Shown here: piece after piece, positions 61,531-64,000 of the stretch
How positions within the stretch are numbered: position 1 is the first letter of the stretch
Layout of the letters: each line of letters begins with the position of its first letter
Source: Nitrospirota bacterium
GTDB taxonomy: Bacteria > Nitrospirota > UBA9217
Reading direction: 5' to 3'
Assembly (NCBI GenBank): GCA_035625205.1
Contig: DASPQB010000296.1
Span: forward strand, 3,041 to 67,040
Length of the DNA stretch: 64,000 nucleotides
Program-made: the position numbers and the translations under genes
Notes under the pieces: model-generated
Database searches by the model: none
What the model was told of the DNA's origin: nothing
Seen by the model: only the letters and a program-made list of their open reading frames with translations

Positions 61531-62520
61531 TCATCCTTTCCCGAGCTTGAAAAACAGGTTCTCAGCCACCAACTGCGCGCTTATGCGGCGTTCGAGCAAG
61601 CTCTGGCTGGCTGCAAACAAATCTAGGTCCGCGAGCATCTGTGTCAGGGGGACCCGTTCTCCCCATTTCCGGTACTGCTCTCCTGCCTGTGCAAACACGA
61701 GCAGTCGCTCGTCTTTCGTCTCACGATAGACAATTGCATCACGCAAGCACTCGATGCCGATCATGAGGAGGCGATCGAAGCGGTCACGGTCCTTGGCAAA
61801 CGCTTCAGCCAGGGCCAGTGTCTCGCCGGGGCCCATCTGCGGGAGCCCGGACCAGAGGTCCATCACACGGTTCCGCTCCACCTTTTCCTGCTCCGCGTCC
61901 ATATCAAGGCCCCGCCCCATGCTCCCCTGTGCAAGTGCCGCAACAAACCAAGCATCTGCATCCGAAAGACCCCGTTTTCGCGTTAGTGCCTGCGCGAGCG
62001 TCAGTCGCGACAGTGGTTGAAACCTTACCTCTTGGCACCGTGATCGTATCGTGGGAAGCAGGCTCTGCGGCAAAGAGGTGATCAAAATAATCAGCGTGTC
62101 CCCCGGAGGTTCCTCCAGCGTTTTCAAAAAAGCATTGGATGATGCCGCGTTCATACGGTCAACGCCATCAACGATCAAGGTCTTTTTCGTACCCTCAAAG
62201 GGCTTGAGTGCCAGGTCCGACTGCACCAGCCTGACCTGGTCAATTTTAATCTCTTCACCGTCAGGGACGAGAAGGTGAACGTCAGGATGTCCACCGGCCG
62301 CTACCTTGCGGCACGACGGGCATACATCGCAGCCCCCCGCTTCCCCGGCGTTTTGGCAGTTAACCGCAGCTGCAAGCGCGAGTGCTGTCATTTTCTTTCC
62401 GATCCCTGCTTCGCCGGAAAAAAGATAGGCATGGGCGAGTGTCTTGTTCGCCAGTGCCCGTTTCAAGATTTTAACGGGTTTTTCGTGTCCCTCTATGGCA
62501 GCAAACGACATGAAGACCAA
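61531..62520 (-). CDS. holB: DNA polymerase III delta-prime subunit
   Basis: It has LAHAYLFSGEAGIGK, the zinc module CQNAGEAGGCDVCPSCRKV and SRCQEVRF (sensor/SRC motif). Confidence 0.8.
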   Translation of the reverse strand: MVFMSFAAIEGHEKPVKILKRALANKTLAHAYLFSGEAGIGKKMTALALAAAVNCQNAGEAGGCDVCPSCRKVAAGGHPDVHLLVPDGEEIKIDQVRLVQSDLALKPFEGTKKTLIVDGVDRMNAASSNAFLKTLEEPPGDTLIILITSLPQSLLPTIRSRCQEVRFQPLSRLTLAQALTRKRGLSDADAWFVAALAQGSMGRGLDMDAEQEKVERNRVMDLWSGLPQMGPGETLALAEAFAKDRDRFDRLLMIGIECLRDAIVYRETKDERLLVFAQAGEQYRKWGERVPLTQMLADLDLFAASQSLLERRISAQLVAENLFFKLGKG

Positions 62521-62536
62521 CTCCCGTGAACATTTT

Positions 62537-63184
62537 TCAATTCGGCATCACGACGATACCGCTCACGATCTTCCGTATCTCCGTTTGGATATCTTCCCTC
62601 GACCGTGATGCTTCAACGATCCTAAATCGCTCCGGTTCCTGGCGTGCCAAGGCGAGGTACCCTTGCCTGACGCGTTCGTGGAAGGCAATCGACTCATTCT
62701 CGAACCGTCCTTCCGTCTCAAGGCCGCGGATATTATTCCTGCCCCGCGCGCGTGCGACACCGGCCGCAGCATCGATGTCGAGCAGAATGGTGATATCGGG
62801 ACTGAGTCCCGCGCACACGATCCCGTCGAGCGTACGGATCAAATCGATATCCAGCCTTCTCCCGTATCCCTGGTAGGCTAGTGTTGCATCTGCAAACCGA
62901 TCGCAGAGCACCACTCCCGGCCCCTCAAGGTGTGGCAGAATGACTTCCTTCAGGTGCTGTGCCCGGCTCGCGGCATAGAGAAGGAGTTCTGCCTTCGGAT
63001 CGAGTGCGGTATTTGCGGGATCGAGCAGGATCTTCCTTACCTGGTCGCCGATCAGTGTTCCACCTGGCTCCCGCGTAAGGACCAAACGTATACCGAGGGA
63101 CTTCAGATAATTCGCAAGCAGGACGATCTGCGTGGATTTGCCGGAACCCTCGATGCCTTCGAGGGTGATGAACTTCCCCTCCAT
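62537..63184 (-). CDS. tmk: thymidylate kinase
   Basis: It has FITLEGIEGSGKSTQ, REPGGT and DRFADATLAYQGYGR. Confidence 0.9.
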   Translation of the reverse strand: MEGKFITLEGIEGSGKSTQIVLLANYLKSLGIRLVLTREPGGTLIGDQVRKILLDPANTALDPKAELLLYAASRAQHLKEVILPHLEGPGVVLCDRFADATLAYQGYGRRLDIDLIRTLDGIVCAGLSPDITILLDIDAAAGVARARGRNNIRGLETEGRFENESIAFHERVRQGYLALARQEPERFRIVEASRSREDIQTEIRKIVSGIVVMPN

Positions 63185-64000
63185 TTATTTAAGCTCCGCG
63201 ACTGCATCGCCGGCCGCTTTGAGCGCGGGATTCGATGTGAAGAGGATTACCTGGGTTTTCTTTCCGAGGGCTCGGAGAACCTGGCATGCCGACTGCTGCC
63301 GGACGAAATCAAAACCTGCTAGTGCGTCGTCAAGAATGAACGGCAGACGCCGTTTGTCCACGATCACCTCGACCAGCCCGGTTCTGAGGCAGAAGGTGAA
63401 CAGCGCCTTTGTACCATGGCTCAATTCTCGGTAGGTCAAATGCGAACCGTCACTACCGTGGAGAATGGGTTCGCCTTCCCTTCCCACCTCGATCCGAACA
63501 TACTTGCCGCCACTGATCGCGGCAAGGTTCCTCTGCGCGGTGGCCTCGACGGCAGGGATGAGCGTTTCCATCTCGATGCCGCCCATCCTGCTGGCAGCGG
63601 CCAATTTGGCAAGATATCCACCCTGCTCGATAGCGGGCTCTCCGAAATCTCCCGGCAAATCGTGCCCCACGGTGCCGAAATTCCAGGAAGCACCAGCGGA
63701 TGAAACCTCCCCTTCCAATCGCTCGATGTCTTGCCTGATACTGTATGAATCGATATTATGCGGCTCAAGTGCACGCGCCGCCTTTTCCAGTTCCATGATC
63801 TCCGCCTGTTGATGGTCGTACTGCTGGTGAAGGATTTCCGGCGTCACGTCCCCGAGAATTCGTAATCGCTGTTCATCAAGGTCCGTCCGCAGCGCGACGA
63901 AGTAGCGGAAATTATCGGCACGTTCTTTAAGATCAGCCGCACTTTCTGCTCCCGCGGTGCGCAGACAGTCAGTAATAGCCGCGCTCTCTTGCGTGAATTT
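63185..64000 (-). CDS. C-terminal part of an SMC/SbcC/YhaN-like AAA ATPase (N-terminus beyond window)
   Basis: The frame is open to the window end, past the GTG that the track uses as start at 63847. It has a coiled-coil-like segment, then a signature-like LSHGTKALFTFCLR and a Walker-B-like LPFILDDALAGFD. Its stop abuts the tmk start. Confidence 0.55.
   Translation of the reverse strand, partial: KFTQESAAITDCLRTAGAESAADLKERADNFRYFVALRTDLDEQRLRILGDVTPEILHQQYDHQQAEIMELEKAARALEPHNIDSYSIRQDIERLEGEVSSAGASWNFGTVGHDLPGDFGEPAIEQGGYLAKLAAASRMGGIEMETLIPAVEATAQRNLAAISGGKYVRIEVGREGEPILHGSDGSHLTYRELSHGTKALFTFCLRTGLVEVIVDKRRLPFILDDALAGFDFVRQQSACQVLRALGKKTQVILFTSNPALKAAGDAVAELK

Overview
This is a 64-kb chromosomal segment from a diderm bacterium; TolC, MltA, a LolB-like lipoprotein and a porin-like barrel are all present. 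I cannot assign a taxon by eye, but a full 16S gene at 39508-41066 would settle it. All calls rest on reading the supplied translations, my own translation of unlisted frames, and motifs recalled from memory; no database search was run.

The window has three parts.

(1) 1-17 kb is mixed accessory and metabolic genes. It holds a GlnQ-like ATPase (partial), a fused amino-acid binding-protein/permease, a NUDIX hydrolase, an M1 zinc peptidase and a PAS-GAF-PAS hybrid histidine kinase. It also holds an NDH-2-like flavoprotein, a GalT/HIT-family protein, DJ-1, a cupin, a CpxP/Spy-like protein, a lone receiver domain, a haloalkane-dehalogenase-type hydrolase and a probable frameshifted gene relic.

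(2) 17-28.7 kb is an uninterrupted minus-strand run. In transcription order it reads: Lon-like protease with degenerate Walker motifs, a small Cys/His membrane protein, a tandem-duplicated Met/His-rich secreted protein, and a 0.8-kb ORF-poor spacer. These are followed by a second paralogous Cys/His mini-protein, a coiled-coil beta-barrel, a Znu/Tro-type ABC importer, an orphan CbiM/NikM-like protein, a DUF1523-like protein and a half-size EamA protein. I consider this the best candidate for an undescribed (metal-handling) system.

(3) 29-64 kb is mostly housekeeping. It contains mltA, a DUF1848 gene, a TolC-EmrA-EmrB efflux set and one complete rrn operon (16S, tRNA-Ile, tRNA-Ala, 23S, 5S). 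It also contains tyrS, cbiX, ribF, ychF-pth-rplY-prs, tRNA-Gln, spoVG, ispE, a TatD/radical-SAM fusion, metG, ricT, holB and tmk.

I saw no CRISPR array, transposase, integrase or phage genes.
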